64,000 nt of DNA, taken from NCBI GenBank assembly GCA_963674595.2, contig CAXXFV010000009.1, positions 1 through 64,000 on the forward strand. The letters run 5' to 3'. Positions 39,312 through 49,845 of this stretch are shown in pieces (within the stretch, counting starts at the first letter, position 1; every line of letters begins with the position of its first letter). Below the pieces are notes generated by a model, which was not told where the DNA came from, ran no database searches, and was given only the letters and a program-made list of their open reading frames with translations. The DNA is from a bacterium (GTDB lineage Bacteria; Zhuqueibacterota; Zhuqueibacteria; Residuimicrobiales; Krinioviventaceae). The position numbers and the translations under genes were made by a program.

Positions 39312-41084
39312 ATGAACTGTGAACCACTGCTTATCATTAACGTAGATAACAGAAAAACAAAAAGTTTGAATGGAAAATGGCAGACTATAATAGATTTATA
39401 TGATACGGGTTACTTTGATTCACATATGGCGATTGAAGAAAATGGGTTTTTTAAAAACGAAAAACCAACAAGCAAAAGCGACCGTATAGAATACGAGTTT
39501 TTACCCGCCAACAATCTGCTTGTGCCCGGTGACTGGAACACACAGCAGGAAAAATTATACTATTATGAAAGTACAATCTGGTATAAAAAAGATTTCGACT
39601 ATGATTTACCAAAGGATAAAAGGCTGTTTGTTTATATTGGCGCAGCCAACTATATAACCAATGTATATTGTAACGGTGTTAAACTGGGTGACCATGAGGG
39701 TGGTTTTACTCCTTTTAATTTTGAAATAACTGATCTTGTTAAAAAAGGCGAAAACAATATCATTACCAGGGTAAATGCTGCCCGAAGCAATGATGCCGTT
39801 CCAATGGGTATGACGGATTGGTTTAATTATGGCGGTATGACGCGTCGGGTTATGCTCGTTGAAGTGCCCACCACATTTATAAGCGACTATTTTATCCAGC
39901 TTGAAAAAGGCTCCCTGAATAAAATTGCCGGATGGATACAGCTTGACGGCAAACAAACTCAACAAAAAGTGACGGTCACCATTCCGGAAGCCGGTATTGA
40001 ACAAACCGTAACAACAAATGCAGATGGTTTTGCAAAAATAGAATTTGATGCTGATTTGGAGTTATGGAGTCCTGAAAATCCAAAATTATACACGGTTGTT
40101 ATAACGTCAGAAACCGATAAAGTTGAAGACCAGATCGGGTTCCGTTCTATTGAAACAAGAGGACAGGATATTTTATTAAACGGCAAATCCATATTCTTGA
40201 GAGGCATTTGTCTGCATGAAGAAAGTCCTTTTCCAAACATGGGACGTGCCAGCCGCAAGGATGAAGCTGAAATAATGTTGGGATGGGCCAAAGAACTCAA
40301 TTGTAATTACGTTCGTCTGGCGCATTATACCCATAATGAATACATGACCCGCACCGCCGACAAGCTTGGTTTAATGGTATGGGCGGAAATCCCTGTTTAC
40401 TGGAACATGAATTGGAAAAACCAGCATACACGGGATGTTGCAAAAACCCAGTTGTATGAAATGATCCAGCGTGATAAAAATAAATCATCGGTCGTTTTAT
40501 GGTCCATTTCCAATGAAACACCACTAAGTCTGAAAGAGCGGGATGATTTTCTTTTGGAACTGTTGCAGATTGGTCGAAAACTGGACCCGACGCGGTTGTT
40601 TACGGCTGCCTTGCATACGGCACATCCCACGGTTTTTACCACAACCCAGAAATATTTTAAAATGGAAGACACCATGGGTGAACATTTGGATGTTGTGGCC
40701 TTTAACCGATATATCGGCTGGTATGATTCATTACCCGATTTTTGTGATGAAATTACATGGGACACAGTTTACAAAGATAAACCTCATATTGTCAGCGAGT
40801 TCGGCGCAGGCGGTCTGGCTGGTCATTACGGTGATAAACTGACTCGCTGGACAGAAGATTTTCAAGAGTATTCCTATGAAAAACAGCTTGCCATGTATAA
40901 AAAAGTGCCGTTTTTAAGAGGTCTTTCTCCCTGGATTTTAAAAGATTTTCGTACACCGAAAAGGTTGCTGCCGGGTATTCAGGACGACTGGAACCTGAAA
41001 GGCGTGGTTTCTTATCACGGTGAAAAGAAAAAATCTTTTTATGTGTTGCAGCGCTTTTATAAAGAGCTGATGCAGGAAAGGTAA
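39312..41084 (+). CDS. GH2 beta-glucuronidase
   Basis: VPGDWNTQ, HEGGFTPF, DWFNYGG, RLAHY, WSISNE (acid/base), SEFG (nucleophile), WILKDFR...NLKG (uronate-binding N-x-K). Confidence 0.93.
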   Translation: MNCEPLLIINVDNRKTKSLNGKWQTIIDLYDTGYFDSHMAIEENGFFKNEKPTSKSDRIEYEFLPANNLLVPGDWNTQQEKLYYYESTIWYKKDFDYDLPKDKRLFVYIGAANYITNVYCNGVKLGDHEGGFTPFNFEITDLVKKGENNIITRVNAARSNDAVPMGMTDWFNYGGMTRRVMLVEVPTTFISDYFIQLEKGSLNKIAGWIQLDGKQTQQKVTVTIPEAGIEQTVTTNADGFAKIEFDADLELWSPENPKLYTVVITSETDKVEDQIGFRSIETRGQDILLNGKSIFLRGICLHEESPFPNMGRASRKDEAEIMLGWAKELNCNYVRLAHYTHNEYMTRTADKLGLMVWAEIPVYWNMNWKNQHTRDVAKTQLYEMIQRDKNKSSVVLWSISNETPLSLKERDDFLLELLQIGRKLDPTRLFTAALHTAHPTVFTTTQKYFKMEDTMGEHLDVVAFNRYIGWYDSLPDFCDEITWDTVYKDKPHIVSEFGAGGLAGHYGDKLTRWTEDFQEYSYEKQLAMYKKVPFLRGLSPWILKDFRTPKRLLPGIQDDWNLKGVVSYHGEKKKSFYVLQRFYKELMQER

Positions 41085-41135
41085 TGACCTTTACATATTA
41101 TAAAAGTATTTGTTGAATAAAAAAGATAATTATCT

Positions 41136-43064
41136 ATGTCAGATCAAATGAAAATTGTGTTTTTCTTTACTGTATACAACCTTTTCACGCTTTTAAATGT
41201 TGTAACAGCAAAGGAAAGATTAATTTACTGGACAGACACACAGGATAAAAAGATATATTGCGGAGATGCTGACGGCGGTCAATATGAAAAAGTGCTTTCT
41301 TCCCGTGATGTAACGTTGTTAACCGCAGCCCAGGGATATATTTATTATTATGAAGAGAACGCCATCCGGCGTGAGAATATGGAGACACGAAAGGTTGAAA
41401 CGTTGATTTCCGAAACAAGCCGGGCAAGCAGTATGGTTATTGACACGCTTCACAGCACAATGTATTGGAGCGCTGATAGCGGCAAGATTTGGCGGGCTGA
41501 TATAACCGGTTCAAACAAACAGGAGTTTATTTGTGGACTGACCCGGCCCAACAATCTGGCCTTGGATCTGGTTTATGAAAATCTCTATTGGATGAATGAC
41601 ACGCGTGATACACTCTTTTGCGCTGGTCTGGATGGGGAAAAAATAAAATCAGTCATAGAACATACTGAAAAGATAATTGATTATGTTGTAGATGGAAGAG
41701 ATCGTCGAATTTATTTTTTAGATGATAACGGTCGTGTTCTCAAGAGTGTAAATCTGGACGGGAATGAAGAAGAGATTGTGTATGTCTTTGATAATATAAA
41801 TCCTCAAATGGAGATTCAATTAGATCATAATAACCAAAAGATTTATTTAACCGATTGGTGTGGGATATGGAGCATGAACACCGATGGAACTGAATTTATA
41901 GAACTGGTTAGCGGTTTTATTTATGGTGTTCAAAATCTAAGTCTGGATTTGTCAAAGGGAGAGATGTACTGGTTTTATCTTTATTGGTCTATGACGATTT
42001 ATCGTTCCCATTTGGATGGTCGAAATGTCGAACCACTGATTGTTAATTATGAATATCCTGTTTGTATTGCTCTTGACCCTGAAAGTGAAAAGATATACTG
42101 GGCAAATTCTTATGCCAATATTTACAAATGTAATACAGACGGTTCCAATGTTGAGTTTCTTACAAACGAGATTTATCCGAATGCTTCATTAAATGATATT
42201 GCTTTGGATGTTGTAAATGAAAAGATGTATTGGGCTAGGCAATCAGAGGGCATAACTGTTGGTTTTGCTAATCTAGATGGCAGCCGGGTTGAATACCCTT
42301 ATTACATACATGGATTTGCGTATGGAGTTGCAGTTGACCCTTTTGATGGAACATTATATTGGAGTAATTCACTTAATACGGTTCTAGGTGCCAATTTGAA
42401 TAACAGCAGTAATGATGTTGAAAAAATTATAAAGTCTTCAGGACAACCGGACGATATTGCTCTTGATTTAAAACATAAAAAGATATATTGGACTGAAAGG
42501 GCTGTAGATTTTAGAGGTGTTAAACGCGCCAATTTAGACGGCAGTGATATTCAGGATGTTGTTACCAGTCTTGAATGGCCCTCCGGTATTGCCCTGGATG
42601 TTGACGGCGGTAAAGTATACTGGATTGAACATCAAGCCGGTAAAATCAATCGGGCAAACCTTGACGGAACAGACATAGAAGAACTGTATACCGGTTTGTC
42701 TTATCCCTATCGACTGGCCTTGTCCTTTGAAAATAACGGTTCGACCGGTGTTGAGAAAAAAGACGATGATCCGAATTTAATACCGCAGGAATTTGAACTT
42801 TCTCAAAATTACCCCAATCCCTTTAATTCGCAAACCGTGCTAAAATATGCCTTACCGGAAGCCTGTCACGTAAGCTTAAAAATATACAACATGCTGGGAG
42901 AAGAGGTGCGTGTTTTGGCGAACGGAACGCAGGGAGAAGGTTATAAATCAGTTGTATGGGATGGCCGGGACAAAAGCGGCGAACTGGTATCCAGCGGCGC
43001 TTATATTTGCAAACTCATCGCAGGCACGTTTACCCGGTCCAGTACAATGATGTTTATCAAGTAA
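41136..43064 (+). CDS. LDL-receptor class B (YWTD) repeat beta-propeller protein with CTD, copy 1
   Basis: Repeated IALD...KIYW..., RANLDG motifs; YWTD; QNYPNPFN. Confidence 0.85.
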   Translation: MSDQMKIVFFFTVYNLFTLLNVVTAKERLIYWTDTQDKKIYCGDADGGQYEKVLSSRDVTLLTAAQGYIYYYEENAIRRENMETRKVETLISETSRASSMVIDTLHSTMYWSADSGKIWRADITGSNKQEFICGLTRPNNLALDLVYENLYWMNDTRDTLFCAGLDGEKIKSVIEHTEKIIDYVVDGRDRRIYFLDDNGRVLKSVNLDGNEEEIVYVFDNINPQMEIQLDHNNQKIYLTDWCGIWSMNTDGTEFIELVSGFIYGVQNLSLDLSKGEMYWFYLYWSMTIYRSHLDGRNVEPLIVNYEYPVCIALDPESEKIYWANSYANIYKCNTDGSNVEFLTNEIYPNASLNDIALDVVNEKMYWARQSEGITVGFANLDGSRVEYPYYIHGFAYGVAVDPFDGTLYWSNSLNTVLGANLNNSSNDVEKIIKSSGQPDDIALDLKHKKIYWTERAVDFRGVKRANLDGSDIQDVVTSLEWPSGIALDVDGGKVYWIEHQAGKINRANLDGTDIEELYTGLSYPYRLALSFENNGSTGVEKKDDDPNLIPQEFELSQNYPNPFNSQTVLKYALPEACHVSLKIYNMLGEEVRVLANGTQGEGYKSVVWDGRDKSGELVSSGAYICKLIAGTFTRSSTMMFIK

Positions 43065-43114
43065 GTTGTTAGTGATATAAAAGTAGAAGTATTTTGAATT
43101 AAAAGTTAATCAAA

Positions 43115-43150
43115 CCTGTCATCATTCGGTTATAACTGTTTGATGACAGG
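43115..43150. promoter_or_regulatory. Intergenic hairpin
   Basis: CCTGTCATCA ... TGATGACAGG perfect 10-bp inverted repeat around a GTTATAAC palindrome. Confidence 0.55.
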
Positions 43151-43165
43151 ATATTATAATGTTAT

Positions 43166-45136
43166 ATGAGAATTGTGATAAATGAAAAGGATACAGCCAT
43201 GTTAAAAAGAGCAGCATTTGTGTTTTTCTTTACTGTATACAACCTTTTCGCGCTTTTAAATGTTGTTACAGCCAAAGAAAGATATATTTACTGGATCGAT
43301 AGAGTTGACGACAAAATATATTGCGGAGATGCTGACGGCGGTCATTATGAAAAAGTACTTTCTTCCCGTTATGTAAGGTTGTTAACTGCAGCCCAGGGAT
43401 ATATTTATTATTATGAAGAGGATGCTATCCGGCGTGAGAATATGGAGACAAGAACGGTTGAAACCCTGATTTCCGAAACGGGCCGGGTTAGCAGTATGGT
43501 TATTGACACGCTTAACAGCACAATTTATTGGAGCGTATCAGACAGCGGCAAGATTTGGCAGGCTGATATAACCGGTTCAAACCAGCAAGAGTTTCTTTGT
43601 GGTTTGGTTCTGCCCAATAATCTGGCCCTGGATCTGGTCTATGAAAATCTCTATTGGATGAATGATACCCGTGATACCGTTTATTGTGCTGGTCTGGATG
43701 GTGAAAAAATAAGATCGGTTATAGAACACAATGAAAAGATAAGTGATTATGTTGTAGATGGAAAAGCACATCGAATTTATTTTACTGATGATAATGGTCG
43801 CGTACTCAAGAGTGTGAACCTGGACGGCAACGAAGAAGAGATTGTTTATACCTTTGAAATTGAGAGTTTTCATAGAGATCTTCAACTTGATTCCAGGAAC
43901 AAAAAGCTTTATCTGACACATCATTCCCAGATATTGAGAATCAATACCGATGGAACTGAATTAAAGGAACTGGTTAATAATTATGATTTAGGTAGTCAAT
44001 ATCTAAGTCTTGACCTGTCAAGGGGGGAAATGTACTGGTATACTCCTCTATGGACTTATACGATTTATCGTTCCCGTTTGGATGGGCGAAATATTGAACC
44101 AGTGATTGTTAATTATAAAAATTTGACTTGCCTTGCTCTTGATCTTGAGGGAGAAAAGATGTATTGGTCAGGTAATTTTTATAATATTTATCGTTCTAAT
44201 ATTGACGGTTCTGAAGTAGAGTTCCTTATATATGATTTTATTGCAAATGCTGAGTTATTGGATATTGACCTGGATATGGTAAACCAAAAGCTATATTTTG
44301 CAAGTGCAGCAGAAGGTCAAGCTCTTGGCCGAGCAAATCTTGACGGCACTGATGTAGAATTTCCCTATAATGTTTTTTGGCATTGGACATTCGGTATCAC
44401 CGTTGATCCATCTCAGGAAAAGGTCTACTGGAGTCAACTTGGGTCAACAAGGACCACTTCAATTTGTTGTGCTGATTTGAACGGTCAAAACATTGAAATG
44501 CCCGTTGATAGTCTTGAATTTCCTGACGATATTGCTCTCAACCTGAGAGATAATAAAATCTTTTGGACCGAACATTTAAAAGTTGGTCGAATCTGTTGCG
44601 CTAGTTTAGATGGCAGTGATATTCATGATGTTGTTACCGGTCTTAAATGGCCCTGTGGTCTTGCCCTGGATGTTGAAGGTGATAAAATATACTGGATTGA
44701 AAGAGAACCCGGTAAAATAAAACGGGCGAATCTGGACGGAACAGATATTGAAGAACTGTATAGCGGTTTTACCTGGCCCTATCGCCTGGCCTTGTCCTTT
44801 GAAAACAACGGTTCGACCGGTGTTGAGAAAAAAGACGATGGACCCAATTTAATTCCGCAGGAATTTGAACTGGCTCAAAATTATCCCAATCCATTTAATC
44901 CGGAAACGACAATAGAATATAACTTGCCAAAATCATCACACATTGTTTTAACTGTTTATGATATCCTCGGACATGAGATTATTACACTGGTCGATGAAAA
45001 GCAGCAGGCAGGATTACATCAGCAAAACTGGAATGCTTGTGATTGTTTCGGCAACCAGGTCTCTTCAGGTATTTATGTATATAAAATCAAAACCGATGAT
45101 GCTGTTTGTTCTAAAAAGATGCTTTATATAAAGTAG
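43166..45136 (+). CDS. YWTD repeat beta-propeller protein with CTD, copy 2
   Basis: Paralog of 41136 (start probably ATG 43199); different CTD after NPFN. Confidence 0.85.
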   Translation: MRIVINEKDTAMLKRAAFVFFFTVYNLFALLNVVTAKERYIYWIDRVDDKIYCGDADGGHYEKVLSSRYVRLLTAAQGYIYYYEEDAIRRENMETRTVETLISETGRVSSMVIDTLNSTIYWSVSDSGKIWQADITGSNQQEFLCGLVLPNNLALDLVYENLYWMNDTRDTVYCAGLDGEKIRSVIEHNEKISDYVVDGKAHRIYFTDDNGRVLKSVNLDGNEEEIVYTFEIESFHRDLQLDSRNKKLYLTHHSQILRINTDGTELKELVNNYDLGSQYLSLDLSRGEMYWYTPLWTYTIYRSRLDGRNIEPVIVNYKNLTCLALDLEGEKMYWSGNFYNIYRSNIDGSEVEFLIYDFIANAELLDIDLDMVNQKLYFASAAEGQALGRANLDGTDVEFPYNVFWHWTFGITVDPSQEKVYWSQLGSTRTTSICCADLNGQNIEMPVDSLEFPDDIALNLRDNKIFWTEHLKVGRICCASLDGSDIHDVVTGLKWPCGLALDVEGDKIYWIEREPGKIKRANLDGTDIEELYSGFTWPYRLALSFENNGSTGVEKKDDGPNLIPQEFELAQNYPNPFNPETTIEYNLPKSSHIVLTVYDILGHEIITLVDEKQQAGLHQQNWNACDCFGNQVSSGIYVYKIKTDDAVCSKKMLYIK

Positions 45137-45199
45137 AGGTACTCGTTAACTTTTGTAAAAAATAGATTAACAATACTGGAATTGAGTTTATAAACAAAT

Positions 45200-47314
45200 A
45201 TGAAGACGGAAATTAAAAATAGTTTTCTTTTTATATTGCTTACAGCCTTAAATCTGACTGCGCAAGAACCGCTTGTTGGCCGTTGGACGTTTGAGGATAC
45301 GGATAATCTTGTCAAAGCAACAGTCGGTAACGATCTGGTATTAGTTGGCAGTCACTCATCTGTCAGTGGTCCGGATGCTGAAAATCGTGCTATAAATATC
45401 GGCATAGGTAGTTATTATATCTGTCAACACAATATTCCGCCAAACGGCAATGGTGAAAAGGTCAATGAATTTACAATCGTAATGGATGTCAAGTTTAATC
45501 AGACAAGTGTCTGGTACACATTATATCAAACAGATGTTTTAAATCAAACGGACGGCGAGTGGTTTGTTGATCGTTCCGGTAAAATGGGTGTTCATGCAAC
45601 AGGCTATTCCAGTCCGGTTATCACAGCGAACAAGTGGTATCGGTTGGCCATCGCTGTTAAAAATGGTGAACGATATGACTATTATGTTAACGGCAATCCG
45701 GTGCTCAGGGGACAGCCCGGTGTTATTGATGACCGGTTTTCTCTGGAACCCACTGTTTTGTTATTTGCGGATGACAATCAGGAAGATAATTCTGTCGATG
45801 TCTCTGAAATACGGATATACTCGCAGGCACTGTTTGACGATGAAATTGATGAACTGGGAGGTTTTGATCAATCCGGGACTACTGATGAGTCTGATCCATT
45901 TTTAACGGTTGATTATCTCTCAGAGCATGAGCTTAGGTTGGTTCTTGATAATGAAATTCATGATAATTATGGATTTGTCTATCCAGTAACTTATAAAATA
46001 GATATTCATGCAAACAGTTCAGATTTAATCACCTATATACGATATTCAACGTCAGAGTCATGGCAGCAGGTTGAGGAAAAACAATCAAGTGACTTTTTTA
46101 ATGGTATAGAAGCGGTACGGTTTGATTATTCTGCGGGTTTGGCTTTTGTCTCCGCAGCGTTTAGTAGCGCGTCCGATTCTTTGTTTATAAAAATTTCAGA
46201 TGGTATTCAAGAAATTCCAATATCTTTTTTAGACATCTGCAAGTATTATGATGACCGTAAGGCTGTTGTAACCGCTTCTGCTGATGATTGGGCAGACAGT
46301 GGAGACCAAACCTGGTATCAGTCTGATGAAGCATTTCAAATAACATGCAGACAATTTAGAAAACACAAATTGTGGCTGACCTGTGGAATTATTACCCAAT
46401 ATTGCGGCAGTGAAACATGGCAGCATATTCAAACCCAGCTTGATTCCGGCTATGTTGAAGCCTGTTCTCATTCCCGGACACATTCCTATGGTCCCTATGA
46501 AGATCCGGAGGGCGAAATAGCCGGCAGTAAACAGGATATTTTTGATAATTTGGATTTACCATTGTTATTCAAAAAGCATGATTTAGAGTACGTGTACACA
46601 TGGCTCGCACCGGCGCATTATTATGATGAAATTGTAAACACACTTGTCGGCGCTGAAAAATACCTGGTGAACCGGCTTTACAATTGGCCCTATGATATAT
46701 TTTCTGACTGGAATCCGGCTGCGGGATATTATTTCCCAATTGGCATGTCCCGTGAAGTTTCACCTATTTGGGAAGGCACAACCGATCTTGATGATTTAAA
46801 CTCGTATTTTGATATAGTTGTGGATAAAGGCGGAATATACCATGTTATGACGCACCCGTATTTTTTACTTGAGAATGGTTTCAATGCCGCACAATATGCC
46901 TGGGATCATCTCGACTATATTAGTCAGAAAAATGATATTTGGTATGTTTGTCTGGGTCATTTGTATTTATACCATTATCTAAAGGAAAATGTTGCAGTTG
47001 CAACCTCAGTTACTAAATCTGAAGATAAGATAACACCTGAGTTGATGCTTTTACAAAATTATCCCAATCCTTTTAACTCACAGACCGTGATAAAATATGC
47101 CTTACCAAAAGCTTGTCATGTTAGCCTTAAAATTTACAATATGCTGGGAAAAGAGGTACGGGTATTAGTAAATGATCCTCAAGCAGATGGAAATAAATCT
47201 GTTGTCTGGGACGGCAAGGACAACAGCGGTGAAATGGTAACGAGTGGTGCTTATATTTACAAGATCGAGGCTGGAAAATTTAACCAGTCAAATATTATGA
47301 TGTTTATAAAGTAA
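45200..47314 (+). CDS. LamG-like domain + polysaccharide deacetylase (NodB-like) domain + CTD
   Basis: WTFE...KWYRLAI..YVNG..EIRIY LamG-like; ASADDW, SHSRTH, MTHP deacetylase motifs; QNYPNPFN. Confidence 0.7.
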   Translation: MKTEIKNSFLFILLTALNLTAQEPLVGRWTFEDTDNLVKATVGNDLVLVGSHSSVSGPDAENRAINIGIGSYYICQHNIPPNGNGEKVNEFTIVMDVKFNQTSVWYTLYQTDVLNQTDGEWFVDRSGKMGVHATGYSSPVITANKWYRLAIAVKNGERYDYYVNGNPVLRGQPGVIDDRFSLEPTVLLFADDNQEDNSVDVSEIRIYSQALFDDEIDELGGFDQSGTTDESDPFLTVDYLSEHELRLVLDNEIHDNYGFVYPVTYKIDIHANSSDLITYIRYSTSESWQQVEEKQSSDFFNGIEAVRFDYSAGLAFVSAAFSSASDSLFIKISDGIQEIPISFLDICKYYDDRKAVVTASADDWADSGDQTWYQSDEAFQITCRQFRKHKLWLTCGIITQYCGSETWQHIQTQLDSGYVEACSHSRTHSYGPYEDPEGEIAGSKQDIFDNLDLPLLFKKHDLEYVYTWLAPAHYYDEIVNTLVGAEKYLVNRLYNWPYDIFSDWNPAAGYYFPIGMSREVSPIWEGTTDLDDLNSYFDIVVDKGGIYHVMTHPYFLLENGFNAAQYAWDHLDYISQKNDIWYVCLGHLYLYHYLKENVAVATSVTKSEDKITPELMLLQNYPNPFNSQTVIKYALPKACHVSLKIYNMLGKEVRVLVNDPQADGNKSVVWDGKDNSGEMVTSGAYIYKIEAGKFNQSNIMMFIK

Positions 47315-47321
47315 GAGAGTT

Positions 47322-49808
47322 ATGTTTATGAATTTCAAATTTTTAAAAATGTATAAAATATTAGGATTTTCATTTCCTCATTTTTTACTATTCTTTATGT
47401 TATTTTTTGGTTTTTCCAGTGCTCAAATTTTGGCATTACCTGTCGATGAACAAAACATATTGGATAAATCCAAATCCGGAAATCAATTAAACGGGAATGA
47501 CAATAAAGTTCAGGTTTTAACGAACAACCAAGCGCTTTCGGTTAAAGTGCTCACCTTGAACATTTGGGTGAATGGAAAAATTTGTACCCCTCAACAAGTT
47601 GCTGATTTGATTTTGTCCCTGGATGTGGATTTTGTGGGCCTTCAGGAATGTAATAGCACCTTTGGTAATCAGGTCGCCTCATTAACCAATATGTATTTGG
47701 CTTCATACTCTGACTGTTTTTTATTTTCAAGAACGCCATATACGAAAATAAATCAAATGTTTGTTAAGGGTATTAACGCATGGACAAATTTAAACGGTCA
47801 AACCGTATCAGTATATAATTTTCACATACGCTGGGATGAGGAAGGCGACCGCAATGCACGAACGATGGTGAATACGTTTGCTCTTGATCCAACCTCGATC
47901 CAAATTGCAATTGGTGATTTTAATGATGAACATTATAGCACCCAAATAACCATCATCGAAGAGCACATGCGTTATTGCCTGATGGATTTAGGCTGGGCAC
48001 CCAGTCAGCGGGTTACATGGCCGGCCTTTGGTTTTTATGGCGGTGAAGGCGCTCAAACTATCGATTTGATTTTTTGTAATAAAAAAAGTAAAGGCCGCGT
48101 TGTTGATGGTGAGATTATGAATTTATCTCCTGTAATATCAGATCATAAACCGGTGTGGGCAGAAATTGATTTTCCGGCTGATCCGAATCTGATAGGCCCT
48201 GAAATTTCTAAAATCGTACCCTGTTTTGATAATTCAACGATTGAAATCTGGTTTGATCAGGATTTGGACCAAGAATCTGCCCAACAAATTTCAAATTATC
48301 AAATTGTCCCGGTTGATAATGGTGCATCCGTTTCTGTTAATGATGCCGTTATTCTCAAAGATCCCAGACGGGTCCGGTTATTAACATCTCCTCATGATTT
48401 TGATAAAAAATATAAATTGGTTTTATCCGGTATAACGGATGAATTTGGGATTGCGATAAATCCCGGCTCCGAGATGGAATATATCATCCGGGAAAATCTT
48501 GTAAAAAATTCAGGTGCTGAGCTTGGTACGGAGAATTGGGATACATCCGGTGGGATAGAAATTGTTTCCGATCGTGAAAATCAATATCCATACCTTGGTG
48601 ATTACTTTTTTACCGGTGCAAATTTACAGGATTTATCAACTGCATCTCAAAGCATTGATTTAGTAAATTGGGAACAGGAAATTGATGCCGGTTTGCTTGC
48701 TGCTGAATGGAATTGCTACTTTGCAACAGGATATGAATTATTGGGAGATATTCAGGCAAGCCGTTGTGAACCCTATGACGAAGGTGAATTTTACATCGAA
48801 TTTGTTGATCAGGATGATCATGTTTTGATGCAGGCCACCAGTAAGCGTTGGGATACATTGTACTGGCATCCCTATGGAGAGACAACCAATATTCCACCCG
48901 GAACCAGAAAAGCGATATTATATTTAAAATCATATCGAAAAACAGCAAATGGTTTGTCAAATGATGCCGCATTTGACCAGGTGTTCTTTTCTCTAAAGCA
49001 TTTACAGGGACCTCATGGCTTTGAAAGTAATTTACTTGTTAACCCATCCGCAGAGACTGCCGATACCCAGGGTTGGAATATCAACGGTTCAATAAAAGCC
49101 CGTGCGCATGAGGAAGATAAAGGCCGTCCTGTTTCCGGTTATTATATGTTTGCAAATGATGGTATTTCAACAGCCCGGGCTTTTCAGAGATTAGACTTTA
49201 GCAGCTATTCAGATCAGATTGATGCACAGTCAATGGCTGTTCGATGGGGCGGATACATGAGAGATTACCGTGGCGATAGTGGTGGTGAAATTAGTATCGA
49301 ATTTCTTGATCAGAATAAAGAAAGAATTGATTATGCGACTACCGGAGATCAGAGAATTGCCGAATGGTCCTTTTACGATAATACCACTATAATTCCTGTC
49401 GGGACCCGATCAATAGATTTTATTCTTAGTCTTGATGCTGTTGCAGATGAGGGAGTTTATTTTGATCTGCTTCACATAATTCCGGTTTCAATTGCAACTA
49501 CAGGTATTTCTGACAAGATTGTAACGAATGTTGACTATAACCTTTATCAAAATTATCCCAATCCGTTTAATTCTCAAACAGTGATAAAATATGCACTGGC
49601 AAAAGACAGCTTTGTTGAACTTATAATATATAATATCCTTGGTAAACAAGTGCGAACGCTTGTAAATAATCGTCAGTCAGGCGGTTATAAATCTGTTGTA
49701 TGGGATGGTAAAGACAGTCAGGGCAGGCTATTGCCAAGCGGTGTGTATTTTTATACATTATCAACAACAGATTTTACACAAACACATAAACTATTGATGA
49801 TAAAATAA
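47322..49808 (+). CDS. EEP (endo/exonuclease/phosphatase) domain + Ig-like + two FBA-like carbohydrate-binding domains + CTD
   Basis: LTLNIW, GLQE, IGDFND, IDLIF, SDHKPV; twin NL(V/L)xN.GAE...W..IP.GTR modules; QNYPNPFN. Confidence 0.78.
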   Translation: MFMNFKFLKMYKILGFSFPHFLLFFMLFFGFSSAQILALPVDEQNILDKSKSGNQLNGNDNKVQVLTNNQALSVKVLTLNIWVNGKICTPQQVADLILSLDVDFVGLQECNSTFGNQVASLTNMYLASYSDCFLFSRTPYTKINQMFVKGINAWTNLNGQTVSVYNFHIRWDEEGDRNARTMVNTFALDPTSIQIAIGDFNDEHYSTQITIIEEHMRYCLMDLGWAPSQRVTWPAFGFYGGEGAQTIDLIFCNKKSKGRVVDGEIMNLSPVISDHKPVWAEIDFPADPNLIGPEISKIVPCFDNSTIEIWFDQDLDQESAQQISNYQIVPVDNGASVSVNDAVILKDPRRVRLLTSPHDFDKKYKLVLSGITDEFGIAINPGSEMEYIIRENLVKNSGAELGTENWDTSGGIEIVSDRENQYPYLGDYFFTGANLQDLSTASQSIDLVNWEQEIDAGLLAAEWNCYFATGYELLGDIQASRCEPYDEGEFYIEFVDQDDHVLMQATSKRWDTLYWHPYGETTNIPPGTRKAILYLKSYRKTANGLSNDAAFDQVFFSLKHLQGPHGFESNLLVNPSAETADTQGWNINGSIKARAHEEDKGRPVSGYYMFANDGISTARAFQRLDFSSYSDQIDAQSMAVRWGGYMRDYRGDSGGEISIEFLDQNKERIDYATTGDQRIAEWSFYDNTTIIPVGTRSIDFILSLDAVADEGVYFDLLHIIPVSIATTGISDKIVTNVDYNLYQNYPNPFNSQTVIKYALAKDSFVELIIYNILGKQVRTLVNNRQSGGYKSVVWDGKDSQGRLLPSGVYFYTLSTTDFTQTHKLLMIK

Positions 49809-49845
49809 ATTGATATATTACTAAAATAAATATTCAGGCTGTAAT

